Positions 40,016 through 51,329 are shown, counted from the first letter of the stretch. The stretch: 64,000 nt of DNA from Candidatus Cloacimonadales bacterium (GCA_963674825.1 OY771587.1:384001-448000), one strand, 5' to 3'. The notes: generated by a model from the sequence alone, not told the origin. Program-made: numbers and translations.

Positions 40016-41353
40016 TTATACAAGGAAGATCGAGGCAAGGCCAAGGAATGAAGCGAATCCGCCGATGTCGGTCAGCATGGTGATGATAACGCTTGATGCA
40101 AGTGCCGGATCGATCTTCAGTCGTTTCATGATAATGGGAACCAGCGAACCGCACAGCGCAGCGATGAACATGTTGCAAACCATCGAGATGCCCAGCACGA
40201 TACCCAGCTTGAAGTTGCCCTTGAGCACAAAAGCGATACCCATGGCGATCGTTCCGATCATGAATCCGTTCATGATGCCGACGGACACCTCTTTAAAAAG
40301 TGCTTTCCAGGTGTTGTAAATGGTCAGTTCCCCCAACGCGATACCACGTGTAATGACTGTAAGTGTCTGAGTACCGGAGTTTCCGCCGAGTCCAGCAACG
40401 ATCGGCATGAGCACAGCGAGTACGGGATGCTGACCAATGAATCCCTCAAATACGCCCACAACGCTCGAAACAAGCAGCGCAGTGAAAAGATTCAGCACCA
40501 GCCATGGAAGACGTTTCAGGACAGAATTCAGGGGCGCAGTGAAGACTTTATCCTCACTTTCTAGCCCGACCATCTTGTAGGCGTCTTCGGACGCCTCTTC
40601 GTCGATAACGTCGATAATATCATCAACTGTGATTCGGCCGAGTAGATGGCCTTCATCGTCAATTACCGGAAGCGCGTAGATGTCGTACTTACGGAAAAGC
40701 GTCGCGACCTCTTCCTGGTCGGTATCAACGTGAGTGCTGATCACATCTTCGCTCATAAGGTCTTTGGCGCGTTTACTCGGCGAACAGAGGAGCAATTGAA
40801 CCAGATCCAGACCGCCGATCAAACGATTCTCGTCGTCCACCACAAACACGTAGTGGATGTTCTCGACTTCTTCGACGTTTTCGCGGATCAGTTCGATAAG
40901 CTCATCGCGGCGCATATCCTGATTTACCGCGATAATCTCGGTTTGCATCAGACCGCCGGCGCTGTCCTCTTCGTAGTTGAGCAGTCGCCTCAGGTTTTCG
41001 GAATCCTCTTGGTCGATGTTTTCCAGGACATGACGCGAAACATCGTCGTCGAGGTCGGAGATGATATCCGCTGCCTCGTCGGTATCCATTTCGTCGATGA
41101 TGCGGACAAGTCGCTCGCTGTTAAAATGCTCGAGGATCTCTTCACGAACCTCTTCGTGCATTTCGGCGAGTACTTCCGAGGCGATCTCGTCGCTCATGTT
41201 CTTAAAGGCGTAGATCTGAAATTCTTCGGGCAGGTCATTGATAACCACAGCGATATCGGCAGGGTGCGTTTCGTCGAACACCTGGCGCAGCTGTTCTGCC
41301 TGTTCCTGTTCGATCAGATCATAAATCAGATCGAAGTTCAGCTGGTTATCCAT
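40016..41353 (-). CDS. mgtE: Magnesium transporter
   Basis: HPADIA, SAGGLM, CBS pair, RLPWL, GGNSGTQ, DPALAS...TD. Confidence 0.95.
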   Translation of the reverse strand: MDNQLNFDLIYDLIEQEQAEQLRQVFDETHPADIAVVINDLPEEFQIYAFKNMSDEIASEVLAEMHEEVREEILEHFNSERLVRIIDEMDTDEAADIISDLDDDVSRHVLENIDQEDSENLRRLLNYEEDSAGGLMQTEIIAVNQDMRRDELIELIRENVEEVENIHYVFVVDDENRLIGGLDLVQLLLCSPSKRAKDLMSEDVISTHVDTDQEEVATLFRKYDIYALPVIDDEGHLLGRITVDDIIDVIDEEASEDAYKMVGLESEDKVFTAPLNSVLKRLPWLVLNLFTALLVSSVVGVFEGFIGQHPVLAVLMPIVAGLGGNSGTQTLTVITRGIALGELTIYNTWKALFKEVSVGIMNGFMIGTIAMGIAFVLKGNFKLGIVLGISMVCNMFIAALCGSLVPIIMKRLKIDPALASSVIITMLTDIGGFASFLGLASIFLV

Positions 41354-41415
41354 GAATACCCCTTTGTTACTATTTGCCCTTCAGATACATGCGAAAAGCG
41401 TGTATAATACATGGC

Positions 41416-41442
41416 AAAAAAAAAGGCTGCGTAAAGCAGCCT
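41416..41442 (-). terminator. Rho-independent terminator of the r-protein/alpha operon
   Basis: AGGCTGC-loop-GCAGCCT hairpin followed by a T-run on the minus strand. Confidence 0.85.
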
Positions 41443-41455
41443 GATTGAAGTTCTT

Positions 41456-41839
41456 TTATTTCTTCTCGTCGCTTTCGATAACGACGCGATCTACAACTTC
41501 GATGATCGCCATCGGTGCGTTATCGCCCCGACGATGACCTTTTTGCATGATTCTCGTATAGCCACCATTGCGATTCTCATAGCGTGGGGCCAGCTCGTCA
41601 AATACTTTTTTCACGAGTGTACGATCTGCCAAAATCTTGTATGCAAGCCTGCGATGATGGACTTCACCACGTTTTCCGTAGGTGACGACACGTTCGAAGA
41701 GTCGGCGTGCTTCTTTGGCTTTTGCATGCGTGGTTACGATACGTTCGTGACGGACAAGCTCTTTCACGAGGTTGTTCAAGAGGGCTTTCCGATGGTCAGC
41801 CTCCCGTCCGAATTTCCTGCCTTCTACGCGATGTCGCAT
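41456..41839 (-). CDS. rplQ: 50S ribosomal protein L17
   Basis: MRHR...RNGGYTRI...RRGDNAPMA. Confidence 0.97.
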   Translation of the reverse strand: MRHRVEGRKFGREADHRKALLNNLVKELVRHERIVTTHAKAKEARRLFERVVTYGKRGEVHHRRLAYKILADRTLVKKVFDELAPRYENRNGGYTRIMQKGHRRGDNAPMAIIEVVDRVVIESDEKK

Positions 41840-41840
41840 G

Positions 41841-42863
41841 TCAAACCTTCCTTCTCTTGGTTACTCTCTTCTTCCAACTATCGATTTCATTATTGATTTT
41901 ATCGATGTCCATTCCCAGCGAAAGTTCGTATTTCGCAAGAAGATTGGTGATCTCATCCAGTGACTTTTTACCGAAATTGCGATACTTGAGCATCTCGTTT
42001 TCGGACTTGGCAACCAGTTCGCCGATGGTCTCGATCTTTGCAGCTGCGAGGCAGTTGCTGGACCGTACCGTCAGTTCCAGTTCCTTCACGCTCATATTCA
42101 GGAGCTTGTCGAGGCGGTCGAGTTCTTCCGGCATCTCTACTTCTTCGATGTATTCGGGCTCTTCTTCGAAGAGTACAATCTTGTCGTAGAAATCTTTCAG
42201 AATCTTTCCCGCGAGGTACAGAGCGTCCTTGGGCGTGATGCTGCCATCAGTTGTCACTTCGATGGTCAGCTTGTCATAGTCGATCTTCTCACCAACCCGC
42301 TGATGTCCCGCGTGGTAATTCACTTTGAGAATCGGCGAATAAACCGAATCGATCGGGATGACACCAACGGGGCGATCTTCCATCTCGTGCTCATCAGCAG
42401 AGACGTAGCCGCGACCGGTTCCGATCCAAATTTCCATATGGAATTCGCCGTCTTCGGTCATTTCGAGAAGTTCCAGATCTTCATTGACGATCTTCACTTC
42501 AGGATTGTCGGCTCTTAATTCACCCGCGGTGATGACGCCTTTACCTTTATGATCAAGAACCATGCGCTCTTCGCCAACCGTATCGGTGTTGATGATCAGC
42601 TTCTTCAGGCGCAGGATCAGATCGATGTAATCGGTCTTGGTTCCCGGGATCGGTACAAACTCATGATGGAGACCTTCGATCTTCACGTAGCGAACGGCTG
42701 CTCCCTGAATCGAGGAGAGCAGGACACGGCGCAACGTGTTACCGATCGTGGTCGCAAAACCAGGTTCCATCGGCCCAATTTCGAATTTCCCATAAGTGTT
42801 CGTGTATGTCGATTCGTCGACCGTTACCTTTTCAGGCATTTGTATGGGTTCGAGAAGCATCAT
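41841..42863 (-). CDS. rpoA: RNA polymerase alpha subunit
   Basis: TIGNTLRRVLLSS, LELTVRSSNCL, NFGKKSL. Confidence 0.98.
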   Translation of the reverse strand: MMLLEPIQMPEKVTVDESTYTNTYGKFEIGPMEPGFATTIGNTLRRVLLSSIQGAAVRYVKIEGLHHEFVPIPGTKTDYIDLILRLKKLIINTDTVGEERMVLDHKGKGVITAGELRADNPEVKIVNEDLELLEMTEDGEFHMEIWIGTGRGYVSADEHEMEDRPVGVIPIDSVYSPILKVNYHAGHQRVGEKIDYDKLTIEVTTDGSITPKDALYLAGKILKDFYDKIVLFEEEPEYIEEVEMPEELDRLDKLLNMSVKELELTVRSSNCLAAAKIETIGELVAKSENEMLKYRNFGKKSLDEITNLLAKYELSLGMDIDKINNEIDSWKKRVTKRRKV

Positions 42864-42878
42864 ATAAACTCTCCTGGT

Positions 42879-43490
42879 TTACTTGGAATAGAATTCCACG
42901 ATCAAACGTTCATCAACGTTCACCGGTATCAGTTCTCGGGAAGGGATATCCTTAAATTCGCCACGCATGTGCTCTTTGTCAACTTCGAGCCATTCGTATG
43001 CGTTCGAGGTGATCTCGATCGCTTCGAGGATCTGCGGGCACTTCTTGCTCTTGTCGCAAATCTCCACAACGTCGCCCGGCTTCAGCAGGAATGACGGGAT
43101 ATCGACCCGACGGTTGTTCACCATAACGTGTCCGTGGTTCACGAACTGGCGTGCCTGCGGACGGGTCACGGCGAATCCCATTCTGAAAACGGTGTTGTCA
43201 AGACGGCGCTCAAGGAGCTTCAGCAGGTTTTCACCGGTAATACCGGTCATCTGGTCTGCTTTCTTGAAGTATCTACGGAACTGTTTTTCCAGAACCCCAT
43301 ACATATAGCGCAGTTTTTGTTTTTCTTTCAGGTGAATACCGTAGTCGCTGAGTTTGCGACGGAAACCCTGTCCGTGCTGTCCGGGCGGGTATTTACGGCG
43401 TTCAAGAATCTTATCGTATTTCGGGCTTTCGTATATGTTTTCACCGAATTTTCTGCATATCTTAGCCTTCGGTCCGGTATATCTTGCCAT
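42879..43490 (-). CDS. rpsD: 30S ribosomal protein S4
   Basis: MARYTGP, PGQHG, LERRLDN, IVEFYSK. Confidence 0.98.
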   Translation of the reverse strand: MARYTGPKAKICRKFGENIYESPKYDKILERRKYPPGQHGQGFRRKLSDYGIHLKEKQKLRYMYGVLEKQFRRYFKKADQMTGITGENLLKLLERRLDNTVFRMGFAVTRPQARQFVNHGHVMVNNRRVDIPSFLLKPGDVVEICDKSKKCPQILEAIEITSNAYEWLEVDKEHMRGEFKDIPSRELIPVNVDERLIVEFYSK

Positions 43491-43503
43491 TCATTCGCCT
43501 CCG

Positions 43504-43899
43504 TTAAATTCTTCTCTGTTTGGGCGGTCTGCAGCCGTTGTGCGGAATCGGTGTCGCGTCACGAATCATAGTGACATAGAGCCCGGCACTGTTGAGTGCG
43601 CGGATCGCGGATTCGCGTCCGCCACCGGGGCCTTTAACGATCACAGACACCTTGCTGATACCCATATCCATGACAGTCTTGGCGACTTCGGACGCAGCGA
43701 CCTGTGCCGCATACGGGGTACTCTTACGAGAGCCCTTGTTACCGATCTTGCCGCCGCTAGACCAAGCCAGGACGTTACCGCCGCGATCGGCGATGGTCAC
43801 GATAGTATTATTGAAGCTGGAATGAATATGAGCAACAGCTTCGTCGTACGCTACACGTGTTTTTTTCTTTTTAACTCGTTTAACAGCTTTCTTTGCCAT
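43504..43899 (-). CDS. rpsK: 30S ribosomal protein S11
   Basis: [24 protein letters not shown]. Confidence 0.98.
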   Translation of the reverse strand: MAKKAVKRVKKKKTRVAYDEAVAHIHSSFNNTIVTIADRGGNVLAWSSGGKIGNKGSRKSTPYAAQVAASEVAKTVMDMGISKVSVIVKGPGGGRESAIRALNSAGLYVTMIRDATPIPHNGCRPPKQRRI

Positions 43900-43910
43900 A
43901 TCCGTTCCCC

Positions 43911-44282
43911 TTATTTCTTCCTTCTACTGATACCGCCTGGCTTCGGACCTTTGCGTGTACGCGCATTGGTATGGGTGCGCTGTCCATGCACAGGAAGCCC
44001 TCTTTTGTGGCGTGATCCGCGGTAGGAACCGATTTCCATTAAACGTTTGATATCCATCGTAGTGCGCGTACGAAGTGTACCCTCGACGATATATTCGTTC
44101 GTTACGATGTCTCTGATCACTTTTTCTTCTTCAGCGGAAAGATCCTTTACGCGTTTGCTTTCGTCTATGTCAGCTTTTGCAAGGATCTTCTCAGCGGTCG
44201 TTCTTCCGATTCCGAAAATATAGGTCAAACCTATGACGATCCGCTTGTTCTTCGGTAGTTCAACACCAGCGATATGTGCCAA
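43911..44282 (-). CDS. rpsM: 30S ribosomal protein S13
   Basis: [28 protein letters not shown] start after GGAGG. Confidence 0.98.
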   Translation of the reverse strand: MAHIAGVELPKNKRIVIGLTYIFGIGRTTAEKILAKADIDESKRVKDLSAEEEKVIRDIVTNEYIVEGTLRTRTTMDIKRLMEIGSYRGSRHKRGLPVHGQRTHTNARTRKGPKPGGISRRKK

Positions 44283-44297
44283 CCGATTCCTCCTTAT

Positions 44298-44414
44298 TTA
44301 TCCTTGTCTTTGTTTATGTCTTGGATTACTCGGGCAGATAACCCGAATCACGCCTTTGCGTTTAATGATTCTGCAATCTCTGCAGATCGTTTTTACAGAT
44401 GCTCGAACCTTCAT
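44298..44414 (-). CDS. rpmJ: 50S ribosomal protein L36 (absent from the ORF track)
   Basis: Translated by hand: [38 protein letters not shown]. Confidence 0.97.
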   Translation of the reverse strand: MKVRASVKTICRDCRIIKRKGVIRVICPSNPRHKQRQG

Positions 44415-44429
44415 GATATAAACTCCTGC

Positions 44430-44648
44430 TTATTTATAGCGGTAGATTATCCGACCCCGGGTCAGGTCGTAGGGTGACAGTTCAAGTTTCACCTTATCTC
44501 CCGGTAAGATTCGGATATAGTTCATTCTCATCTTACCCGAAGTGTGAGCAAGGATTTCATGCCCGTTCTCCAGCTCGACGCGGAACGTCGTATTGGGAAG
44601 CGCTTCCTTGACTACGCCTTCGACTTCGATAACACCCGCTTTTGCCAT
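44430..44648 (-). CDS. infA: Translation initiation factor IF-1
   Basis: [25 protein letters not shown]. Confidence 0.98.
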   Translation of the reverse strand: MAKAGVIEVEGVVKEALPNTTFRVELENGHEILAHTSGKMRMNYIRILPGDKVKLELSPYDLTRGRIIYRYK

Positions 44649-44650
44649 AT

Positions 44651-45433
44651 TTATATTTCCTGTTGTTGTATCATATCCGGTAATGTAAGTATTTCCGGTT
44701 CGTTATCCGTCACCAATATCGTATGTTCATAGTGTGCTGACAGGCTTCTGTCTGCCACGTATACATTCCAGCCATCATCCATTACCCGATGCGTGCCGAT
44801 ATTCACCATCGGTTCGATTGCGAATACCATGCCCTTTTGAATCCGGGCTCCGAATCCTTTTCTTCCGATGTTCATGATAGTTGGCTCTTCGTGTAGAGCC
44901 CTACCGATGCCGTGTCCGGTCAGCTTCTCAGCAGCGTAGTAACCGTTTTCACGGATATAACTGCCGATGGCATGCGAAATATCTCCGATGCGATTTCCCG
45001 GGCGTGCCTGAGCGATTCCCTTGTATAGGCATTCTCTCGTCACGCGCATCAGCCGCTTCGCATCATCTGATATCCCACCGACCGGGTAGGTTTTTGCGCC
45101 GTCTCCATAGTATCCGTCAATGAAGGTGCCGACATCCACACCGATGATGTCACCTTCTTTGAGGACTACCTTGTTGGAGGGTATTCCGTGAACGATCGCT
45201 TCGTTGACCGATGCACAGATCGTTCCCGGAAACGGCGGCAAACCTGGTACACTATATCCTTTGAACGCCGGCTTGGCACCGTTGTCGCGGATAATTTCTT
45301 CCGCGATATGATCCAGCTCGAGAGTCGTGACTCCTGGACGAATCCATTTGTCCATTTCTTCGAGTACAAGCGCTACGATGTGGTTGCTTACCCTCATCTT
45401 CTCGATTGCGCTGGCGTCCTTGATATATATCAT
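44651..45433 (-). CDS. map: Methionine aminopeptidase type I
   Basis: [35 protein letters not shown]. Confidence 0.97.
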   Translation of the reverse strand: MIYIKDASAIEKMRVSNHIVALVLEEMDKWIRPGVTTLELDHIAEEIIRDNGAKPAFKGYSVPGLPPFPGTICASVNEAIVHGIPSNKVVLKEGDIIGVDVGTFIDGYYGDGAKTYPVGGISDDAKRLMRVTRECLYKGIAQARPGNRIGDISHAIGSYIRENGYYAAEKLTGHGIGRALHEEPTIMNIGRKGFGARIQKGMVFAIEPMVNIGTHRVMDDGWNVYVADRSLSAHYEHTILVTDNEPEILTLPDMIQQQEI

Positions 45434-45481
45434 CGGTTTACCTTCTCACTATGTTCGAACAGTAAAGATCGATTCGGGGAT

Positions 45482-46795
45482 TTAGCCCCTGCGACCCCGC
45501 AGTTTACCTTTCTTCATGAAACCTTCGTAGTGTCGCATCACGAGGTGGGATTCGATCTGCTGAAGCGTATCAAGCGCCACACCCACGATAATGATGAGAC
45601 CCGTACCGCCGAAATAGAACGGCAGCTTGGTGAACTTGGTCATGAATTCAGGCAGCACGGCGATGGCTGCGAAAAAGATCGCGCCAGGCAGCGTGATGCG
45701 GGTAAGTACGCTGTTAATGTATTCTGCCGTCTTCTTGCCAGGCTTTCTTCCCGGAATGAATCCACCGTAGCGCTTCATGTTGTCGGCGATTTCGGTGGGG
45801 TTCATCACGATCGCGGTATAGAAATACGCGAAGAAGATGATCAGTGATACATACAGTACGGTATAAAGGAACTCACCAGGTGAGAGCCACCGGGCAAGTG
45901 TCATCATCGCGTCATTCTCGCGAAAGAACATAGCGATGGTCCGCGGGAACATGATGATTGACTGCGCGAAGATAATCGGAATAACACCGGCAGTGTTCAC
46001 GCGAAGCGGAATGTGAGTGCTCGAGCCACCATAAACTTTTCGGCCGACCACTCGCTTGGCGTATTGAACCGGAATCTTGCGCATCGCCTCAGTTACCAGG
46101 ATGACGGATGCGGTTACGAGTACCATGATCAGGAGGTTCAGGACAGCCATAAAGATGCTGAGCGAGCCGACCTTGACCAGTGAGAACATCTGGAAGAATC
46201 CCTGCGGGTAACGTGCGATAATACCGGCGAAGATGATCAACGAAATACCGTTTCCGATACCGTTCTCGGTGATTTGCTCACCAAGCCACATGATGAAAAT
46301 CGTACCAGTAATCAGGGTTACCACAGTAGTGAACATGAAGCCGATTCCCTGGTCTGCCACTGCGGGTACGCCAGCTGCACTTCTCATGCTCTTGAGCCAG
46401 ATGCTGATCGTAATCGCGTTGAACGCGCCGATGGCAACTGTAAGATACCGTGTATATTGGTTAAGTTTTTTCTGACCTTCAGCGCCTTCTTTTTTCAGCT
46501 TCTCAAGGAACGGCAGGATGCTGCCAAGAAGCTGGAAGACGATGGATGCTGTGATGTAGGGCATAATACCCAAAGCGAAGATGGATGCTCGACCAAAGTT
46601 ACCTCCGGCAAAGAGGTCCACCAATCCGAAGATGGTGTTTTTATTTGTAGAAAACGCTTCCTGTAAAATCTGAGGATTCACACCAGGTACCGGGATGAAA
46701 CTTCCCAGACGATAGATTACCAATATCAGCGTCGTGAACAGTATCTTCTTCTTCAGGTCCGGTATTTTAAAAACGTTTTTTATACTATCGAGCAA
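45482..46795 (-). CDS. secY: Preprotein translocase SecY
   Basis: ALGIMPYITAS, GIGNGISLIIF, GVIPIIFA, FIPGRKPG; TTG start. Confidence 0.98.
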   Translation of the reverse strand: MLDSIKNVFKIPDLKKKILFTTLILVIYRLGSFIPVPGVNPQILQEAFSTNKNTIFGLVDLFAGGNFGRASIFALGIMPYITASIVFQLLGSILPFLEKLKKEGAEGQKKLNQYTRYLTVAIGAFNAITISIWLKSMRSAAGVPAVADQGIGFMFTTVVTLITGTIFIMWLGEQITENGIGNGISLIIFAGIIARYPQGFFQMFSLVKVGSLSIFMAVLNLLIMVLVTASVILVTEAMRKIPVQYAKRVVGRKVYGGSSTHIPLRVNTAGVIPIIFAQSIIMFPRTIAMFFRENDAMMTLARWLSPGEFLYTVLYVSLIIFFAYFYTAIVMNPTEIADNMKRYGGFIPGRKPGKKTAEYINSVLTRITLPGAIFFAAIAVLPEFMTKFTKLPFYFGGTGLIIIVGVALDTLQQIESHLVMRHYEGFMKKGKLRGRRG

Positions 46796-46796
46796 C

Positions 46797-47249
46797 TTAG
46801 ATTACCTCCGCCTTGCCACCATTCTTCTCGATCAATGTTTTCGCCGCTTCGGAAAATGCGTGGGCGCGAATCGTCATAGCCTTATCAAATTTGTCCTTAC
46901 CGTTCGCCAGAACTTTGACGGGACGGGGATTCGATTTGCTTGCTTTTTTGACGATGCCCAGCTCTTCCATCTTGGCAACATCGATTTGTTCTACATCGAC
47001 ATTAACTAACTGTTCAAGTTTGACTATACGGTAGTATACCTTGAAAATATTCTTGAATCCGCGTTTGGGCAGACGACGCTGGATAGGCATCTGACCGCCT
47101 TCAAACCAATCGGGAATATTTCCGCCGGAACGTGCTTTCTGACCTTTATGTCCACGTCCCGCGGTTCCACCGGTACCGCTACCCTGACCCTTACCGAGTC
47201 TCTTTTTATTCTTTTTGATCTTAGGACGTTTGAGTTCATGAAGCAACAT
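46797..47249 (-). CDS. rplO: 50S ribosomal protein L15
   Basis: GRGHKGQKARSG, FEGGQMP..RRLPKRGF. Confidence 0.98.
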   Translation of the reverse strand: MLLHELKRPKIKKNKKRLGKGQGSGTGGTAGRGHKGQKARSGGNIPDWFEGGQMPIQRRLPKRGFKNIFKVYYRIVKLEQLVNVDVEQIDVAKMEELGIVKKASKSNPRPVKVLANGKDKFDKAMTIRAHAFSEAAKTLIEKNGGKAEVI

Positions 47250-47250
47250 G

Positions 47251-47436
47251 TTATTCTCCTTCTACAGGTTCGACCTTTACGAGATGGGAAACCTTGCCCA
47301 CCATCCCGCGGATCACATCGTTATCTTCGTGGACACGCGATTTGGAGATGCGTCCGAGGCCAAGCGCCTTGAGTGTTCTCTTCATCGGTTCCTTCTGTCC
47401 GATCATGCTTCCGGTCTGCGTCACTTTAATCTTCAT
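47251..47436 (-). CDS. rpmD: 50S ribosomal protein L30
   Basis: TLKALGL...[10 protein letters not shown]; canonical position. Confidence 0.95.
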   Translation of the reverse strand: MKIKVTQTGSMIGQKEPMKRTLKALGLGRISKSRVHEDNDVIRGMVGKVSHLVKVEPVEGE

Positions 47437-47950
47437 GCTTCTCCTCCTGTCCGGTCAGCTCGGAAACTTTCTTTCCGCGCAGACGGGCAACATCCTGAAT
47501 GGTACGAAGGCTCTTAAGACCGCGAACCGTAGCTTTAACTACGTTCACCGGTGTGTTGGAACCCATCGATTTGGTCAAGATGTTTTCGATTCCAGCCGCT
47601 TCCATGATGGCGCGCATCGGGCCACCAGCGATTACGCCGGTACCGGGAGAGGCCGGTTTCATAAGGATCTTGCTCGCACTGAACTTAGCCAGAACCTCGT
47701 GAGGAATGGTACCGCGAACGATAGGCACGCGGAACATGCTCTTGCCAGCTTTCTCTTTCGCTTTGCGAATCGCGTCTACGATTTCGTTGGCCTTGCCGTA
47801 GCCTACACCCACGTTACCGTTACGATCGCCAACGACGACAGTCGCGCTGAAGCTGAAGTTTCTACCGCCCTTAACGACCTTCGCCACACGGTTGGTATCG
47901 ATGATCTTCTCGATCTCGTATTCCTGAGTCATTTGTTTTTTCTGAAACAA
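47426..47950 (-). CDS. rpsE: 30S ribosomal protein S5
   Basis: [22 protein letters not shown] start after GGAGG (alternative ATG 47932). Confidence 0.97.
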   Translation of the reverse strand: MFQKKQMTQEYEIEKIIDTNRVAKVVKGGRNFSFSATVVVGDRNGNVGVGYGKANEIVDAIRKAKEKAGKSMFRVPIVRGTIPHEVLAKFSASKILMKPASPGTGVIAGGPMRAIMEAAGIENILTKSMGSNTPVNVVKATVRGLKSLRTIQDVARLRGKKVSELTGQEEKHED

Positions 47951-47960
47951 GATTCCTCCC

Positions 47961-48377
47961 TTAGAACTCTAAGCCAGCTTTGCGAGCGCCGTCAGCCAGC
48001 GCTTTCACTCGACCGTGGTATTTGTATCCGCCACGATCGAAAGCGATCTTGGTGATTCCAGCGGCGACGGCTTTTTCGCCGAGCTTCAAGCCAACCTGGT
48101 AACTCTGTTTCACTTTCCTGCCAAGACGCACTTTCTTCTTGTCGTCGGCAGCATCTTCTTTAATCTGTGCGAGCTCGTTCCGCAGATCTTTAGCCACAGA
48201 AGATACGGCAACCAGGGTCTTACCCTGTTCATCGTCGATGATCTGTGCGTAGATGTGATTCAAGCTGCGGAATACAGCCAGACGCGGACGTTCACAAGTG
48301 CCGGAAAGGTGCTTGCGGATCGCAACACGACGTCTTGCTCTCGCCTTGGCTTTCTTATATGTTGTACCTTTTTCCAT
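47961..48377 (-). CDS. rplR: 50S ribosomal protein L18
   Basis: [21 protein letters not shown]. Confidence 0.97.
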   Translation of the reverse strand: MEKGTTYKKAKARARRRVAIRKHLSGTCERPRLAVFRSLNHIYAQIIDDEQGKTLVAVSSVAKDLRNELAQIKEDAADDKKKVRLGRKVKQSYQVGLKLGEKAVAAGITKIAFDRGGYKYHGRVKALADGARKAGLEF

Positions 48378-48391
48378 CTCAATTGCTCCCG

Positions 48392-48967
48392 TTATTTAGC
48401 ACTGGATTTACCAGGCTTGATCTTGACGAATTCATCAGCGTAACGGATGCCCTTACCGGTATTGTAGTTGATCGGGGGACGGCATTTTCGGACTTCCGCG
48501 GCGAACTTGCCAACATCTTCCTTGCTGATTCCCTTGACCTTGATGATAGACTGAACAGCCAGACGGGAACCCTTGGAGCGGGGAACCGCTTCCGCTTCGA
48601 CCGTAAGGTGTTCAGGGATTTCGATAAGAATATCGTGCGAGTAGCCGACAGCCAGCTTGAGCCAGACATTGACGACCTCTGCGGAGTAGCCGGTTCCGAT
48701 CAGGTGCAGGACCTTCTCGAAGCCAACGCTTACGCCGGTGACCATGTTGCTCAGTAGAGCGCGGGTCAGGCCGTGACATGCTCTAAGCGGCACGGAATCG
48801 TCTTCGCGAGTCACGACAAGCTGATCGTCTTCGTAGTTGACATTGATACCGGGGAGAATCGCATACTGCAGTTCACCCAGCTTGCCTTTCACGGTGACCA
48901 GATTGTCGTCAAACTTTATGGTTACGTCTTTGGGGACCGAAATGGGGATCTTACCTACTCTTGACAT
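48392..48967 (-). CDS. rplF: 50S ribosomal protein L6
   Basis: MSRVGK start at 48967, HGLTRAL, GYSH, GKGIRY. Confidence 0.96.
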   Translation of the reverse strand: MSRVGKIPISVPKDVTIKFDDNLVTVKGKLGELQYAILPGINVNYEDDQLVVTREDDSVPLRACHGLTRALLSNMVTGVSVGFEKVLHLIGTGYSAEVVNVWLKLAVGYSHDILIEIPEHLTVEAEAVPRSKGSRLAVQSIIKVKGISKEDVGKFAAEVRKCRPPINYNTGKGIRYADEFVKIKPGKSSAK

Positions 48968-48980
48968 CTCGTTCTCCTCA

Positions 48981-49394
48981 TTACCACACTTTACAGATAT
49001 ACTCGCCGCCGAGATTCTGCGCTCTGGCAACGCGGTCGGTGCAGACACCGCCGTTTGTCGAGATGATTGCGCAGCCAGTGTTGTTGAAGACCGAAGGAAC
49101 TTTTCCGGCTTTCAGGTACACACGGCGTCCGGGACGGCTAACGCGTTCGATTCCGCGCATGACCGAGTCACCGGTATTGGTATATCGCAGGTTGATAGAA
49201 ATTTGCTTACGGTTGATGTCTTTCTGGGGGTCCCGCTCGATGAGATCGTAGTTGTTTACGTAGTTCTCTTCTGCGAGAATTCGAATGATCGACTCAACCA
49301 CACTACTATGATTCACGCGAACAGTCATGTGTTTCGCGCCATATGCGTTACGAATCTTTGTCAATGCATCTGCAATCGGATCGGTTACGCTCAT
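48981..49394 (-). CDS. rpsH: 30S ribosomal protein S8
   Basis: DPIADALTKIRNA, SRPGRRVY, GGEYICKVW. Confidence 0.97.
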   Translation of the reverse strand: MSVTDPIADALTKIRNAYGAKHMTVRVNHSSVVESIIRILAEENYVNNYDLIERDPQKDINRKQISINLRYTNTGDSVMRGIERVSRPGRRVYLKAGKVPSVFNNTGCAIISTNGGVCTDRVARAQNLGGEYICKVW

Positions 49395-49402
49395 TCTTCC
49401 TC

Positions 49403-49588
49403 CTACCAGCTCGACCGCTTAACTCCGGGGATCTGTCCCTCGGAGGCAAGTTTACGGAAGCACAGACGGCACATGCCGAAGCGACGGATATAAGCCCGGG
49501 ATCTTCCGCAGAGTTTGCAGCGATTGTACTTACGCACGCCGAACTTCGGGTCGCGCTCTTGCTTTACTCTAAGTGATTTCTTAGCCAT
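49403..49588 (-). CDS. rpsN: 30S ribosomal protein S14 (Zn-binding short form)
   Basis: RCKLCGR...CRLCFR...IPGV; 61 aa. Confidence 0.97.
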   Translation of the reverse strand: MAKKSLRVKQERDPKFGVRKYNRCKLCGRSRAYIRRFGMCRLCFRKLASEGQIPGVKRSSW

Positions 49589-49617
49589 TGAATTCCATCC
49601 TTCTATTTACAGATGAC

Positions 49618-50160
49618 TTATTTCTTACGGAAGGGCATTCCGAGAAGCTTCAGCAGCTGGAACCCTTCATCGTCGGTTTTGGCCGAAGATACGATGTTGA
49701 TATTCATACCGCGAACCTTGTCCACCTTATCGTAATCGATTTCGGGGAATACGGTCTGCTCTTTGATACCCATCGAGTAGTTACCGCGGCCGTCGAAGGA
49801 GTTCTTCGAGGTTCCGTGGAAGTCACGGATGCGCGGGATAACGATGGTGATCAACCTGTCCAGGAATTCGTACATGACTTCGCCGCGAAGCGTAACCATG
49901 CAACCAATGGGCATGCCCTGGCGCAGCTTGAAATTGGAGATCGATTTTGTCGCCTTGGTGATGACGGGCTTGCGTCCAGTAATAGCTGTCATATCTTTGA
50001 CTGCAAAGTCAAGAACAGCCTTGTTCTGAATCGCTTCGCCGACACCCATACTGACGATGACTTTCTCCAGCTTCGGCACCTGGTTTATATTCTTGTATTC
50101 AAAGTGTTTCATCAGGGCAGGAACGATTTCCTTCTGATACCTTTCTTTGACCCGGTTCAT
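49618..50160 (-). CDS. rplE: 50S ribosomal protein L5
   Basis: VPKLEKV, FDGRGNY, FPEI; start ATG 50160 after GGAG. Confidence 0.97.
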   Translation of the reverse strand: MNRVKERYQKEIVPALMKHFEYKNINQVPKLEKVIVSMGVGEAIQNKAVLDFAVKDMTAITGRKPVITKATKSISNFKLRQGMPIGCMVTLRGEVMYEFLDRLITIVIPRIRDFHGTSKNSFDGRGNYSMGIKEQTVFPEIDYDKVDKVRGMNINIVSSAKTDDEGFQLLKLLGMPFRKK

Positions 50161-50170
50161 TCCTAACTCC

Positions 50171-50488
50171 TTAAATCTCGTCGCCGGTCTTCTGGCATAC
50201 GCGGATACGCTTGCCGTCTGTACCTTTGCGGAATACCGCACGGGTTACGCTACCGGTTTTTTCGTTGATCAGTTTGACGTTCGAAACGTGAATCGGGGCT
50301 TCCTTGGTGACAATTCCACCCTGGGGATTCTGCTGATTGGGCCGGATATGCTTCTTGATGAAATTCACTTTCTCCACCACGACGCGCTGGGTTTTAGGGA
50401 AAGCCTTCAGGACCTTGCCCTTCACGCCTTTATATTTTCCGGTAATCACGACAACCGTGTCCCCTTTCTTGATTCTCATCTTTTCCAT
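50171..50488 (-). CDS. rplX: 50S ribosomal protein L24
   Basis: [21 protein letters not shown]. Confidence 0.97.
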   Translation of the reverse strand: MEKMRIKKGDTVVVITGKYKGVKGKVLKAFPKTQRVVVEKVNFIKKHIRPNQQNPQGGIVTKEAPIHVSNVKLINEKTGSVTRAVFRKGTDGKRIRVCQKTGDEI

Positions 50489-50497
50489 TGTATTCTC

Positions 50498-50866
50498 CTA
50501 CAGCACTTCTGGAGCCAGCGAAATAATCTTGGTGAAGTGTTTTTCCCTGAGTTCACGGGCTACCGGACCGAAGATACGTGTGGCTTTGGGTTCGCCGCGG
50601 TCGTCGATGATCACAGCAGCGTTGTCCTGGAAACGGATATAGGATCCATCAGGGCGACGGACTTCTTTTGCAGTCCGTACGATCACTGCGTGCTCAACGG
50701 TCCCCTTCTTGACCTTGCCGGTCGGGGTCGCGGATTTAATCGCAACAATGATAATATCGCCCACCGTTGCATACTTACGGCGCGTTCCACCAAGGACTTT
50801 AATGCACATGCATTTCTTAGCCCCGGAGTTATCAGCGACGTTTAAAATTGTCTGGGCCTGTATCAT
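50498..50866 (-). CDS. rplN: 50S ribosomal protein L14
   Basis: [27 protein letters not shown]. Confidence 0.98.
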   Translation of the reverse strand: MIQAQTILNVADNSGAKKCMCIKVLGGTRRKYATVGDIIIVAIKSATPTGKVKKGTVEHAVIVRTAKEVRRPDGSYIRFQDNAAVIIDDRGEPKATRIFGPVARELREKHFTKIISLAPEVL

Positions 50867-50877
50867 TTGTATGCTCC

Positions 50878-51132
50878 TTATTTACTTCTTTCGATAATCT
50901 TGGAAAGTTCCCAGCGCTTTTGCTTGCTCATGGGACGGCATTCCTGAATCTCGACCGTGTCGCCGATGCGGCAGTCGTTCGTTTCGTCATGCGCTTTGAA
51001 CTTTTTGTCCAGGCGGACGAATTTTTTATACAGCGGGTGCATGAACTGACGTTTCACCCGGACTACGATCGTTTTGTCCATCTTGTCGCTAACGACAACA
51101 CCGACTTTGGTAACCTTGCGTCCTGTTGCCAT
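50878..51132 (-). CDS. rpsQ: 30S ribosomal protein S17
   Basis: SDKMDKT, HPLYKK, AHDE. Confidence 0.97.
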   Translation of the reverse strand: MATGRKVTKVGVVVSDKMDKTIVVRVKRQFMHPLYKKFVRLDKKFKAHDETNDCRIGDTVEIQECRPMSKQKRWELSKIIERSK

Positions 51133-51134
51133 TA

Positions 51135-51329
51135 TTACCTCTTTTCCGCTCTCTCGGTCTGCAGTGTTTTGATCCGAGCGATGTCCTTGCGAACGCTCTT
51201 CATACGAAGCGGGTTCTCCAGGCGATTCATCGCTTTCTGGAATCTAAGTTTGAAATACTCTTCCCGAAGGTCTTCGAGCTTCTGGTTCAATTCTTCGTTG
51301 CTGAAATCGCGAAGTTCTGCAATCTTCAT
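51135..51329 (-). CDS. rpmC: 50S ribosomal protein L29
   Basis: LRFQ...[10 protein letters not shown]. Confidence 0.96.
   Translation of the reverse strand: MKIAELRDFSNEELNQKLEDLREEYFKLRFQKAMNRLENPLRMKSVRKDIARIKTLQTERAEKR

Noticed and set aside
41354..41415. M-box (Mg2+) riboswitch upstream of mgtE
   Set aside because: Only about 60 nt lie between the upstream terminator and the start codon.
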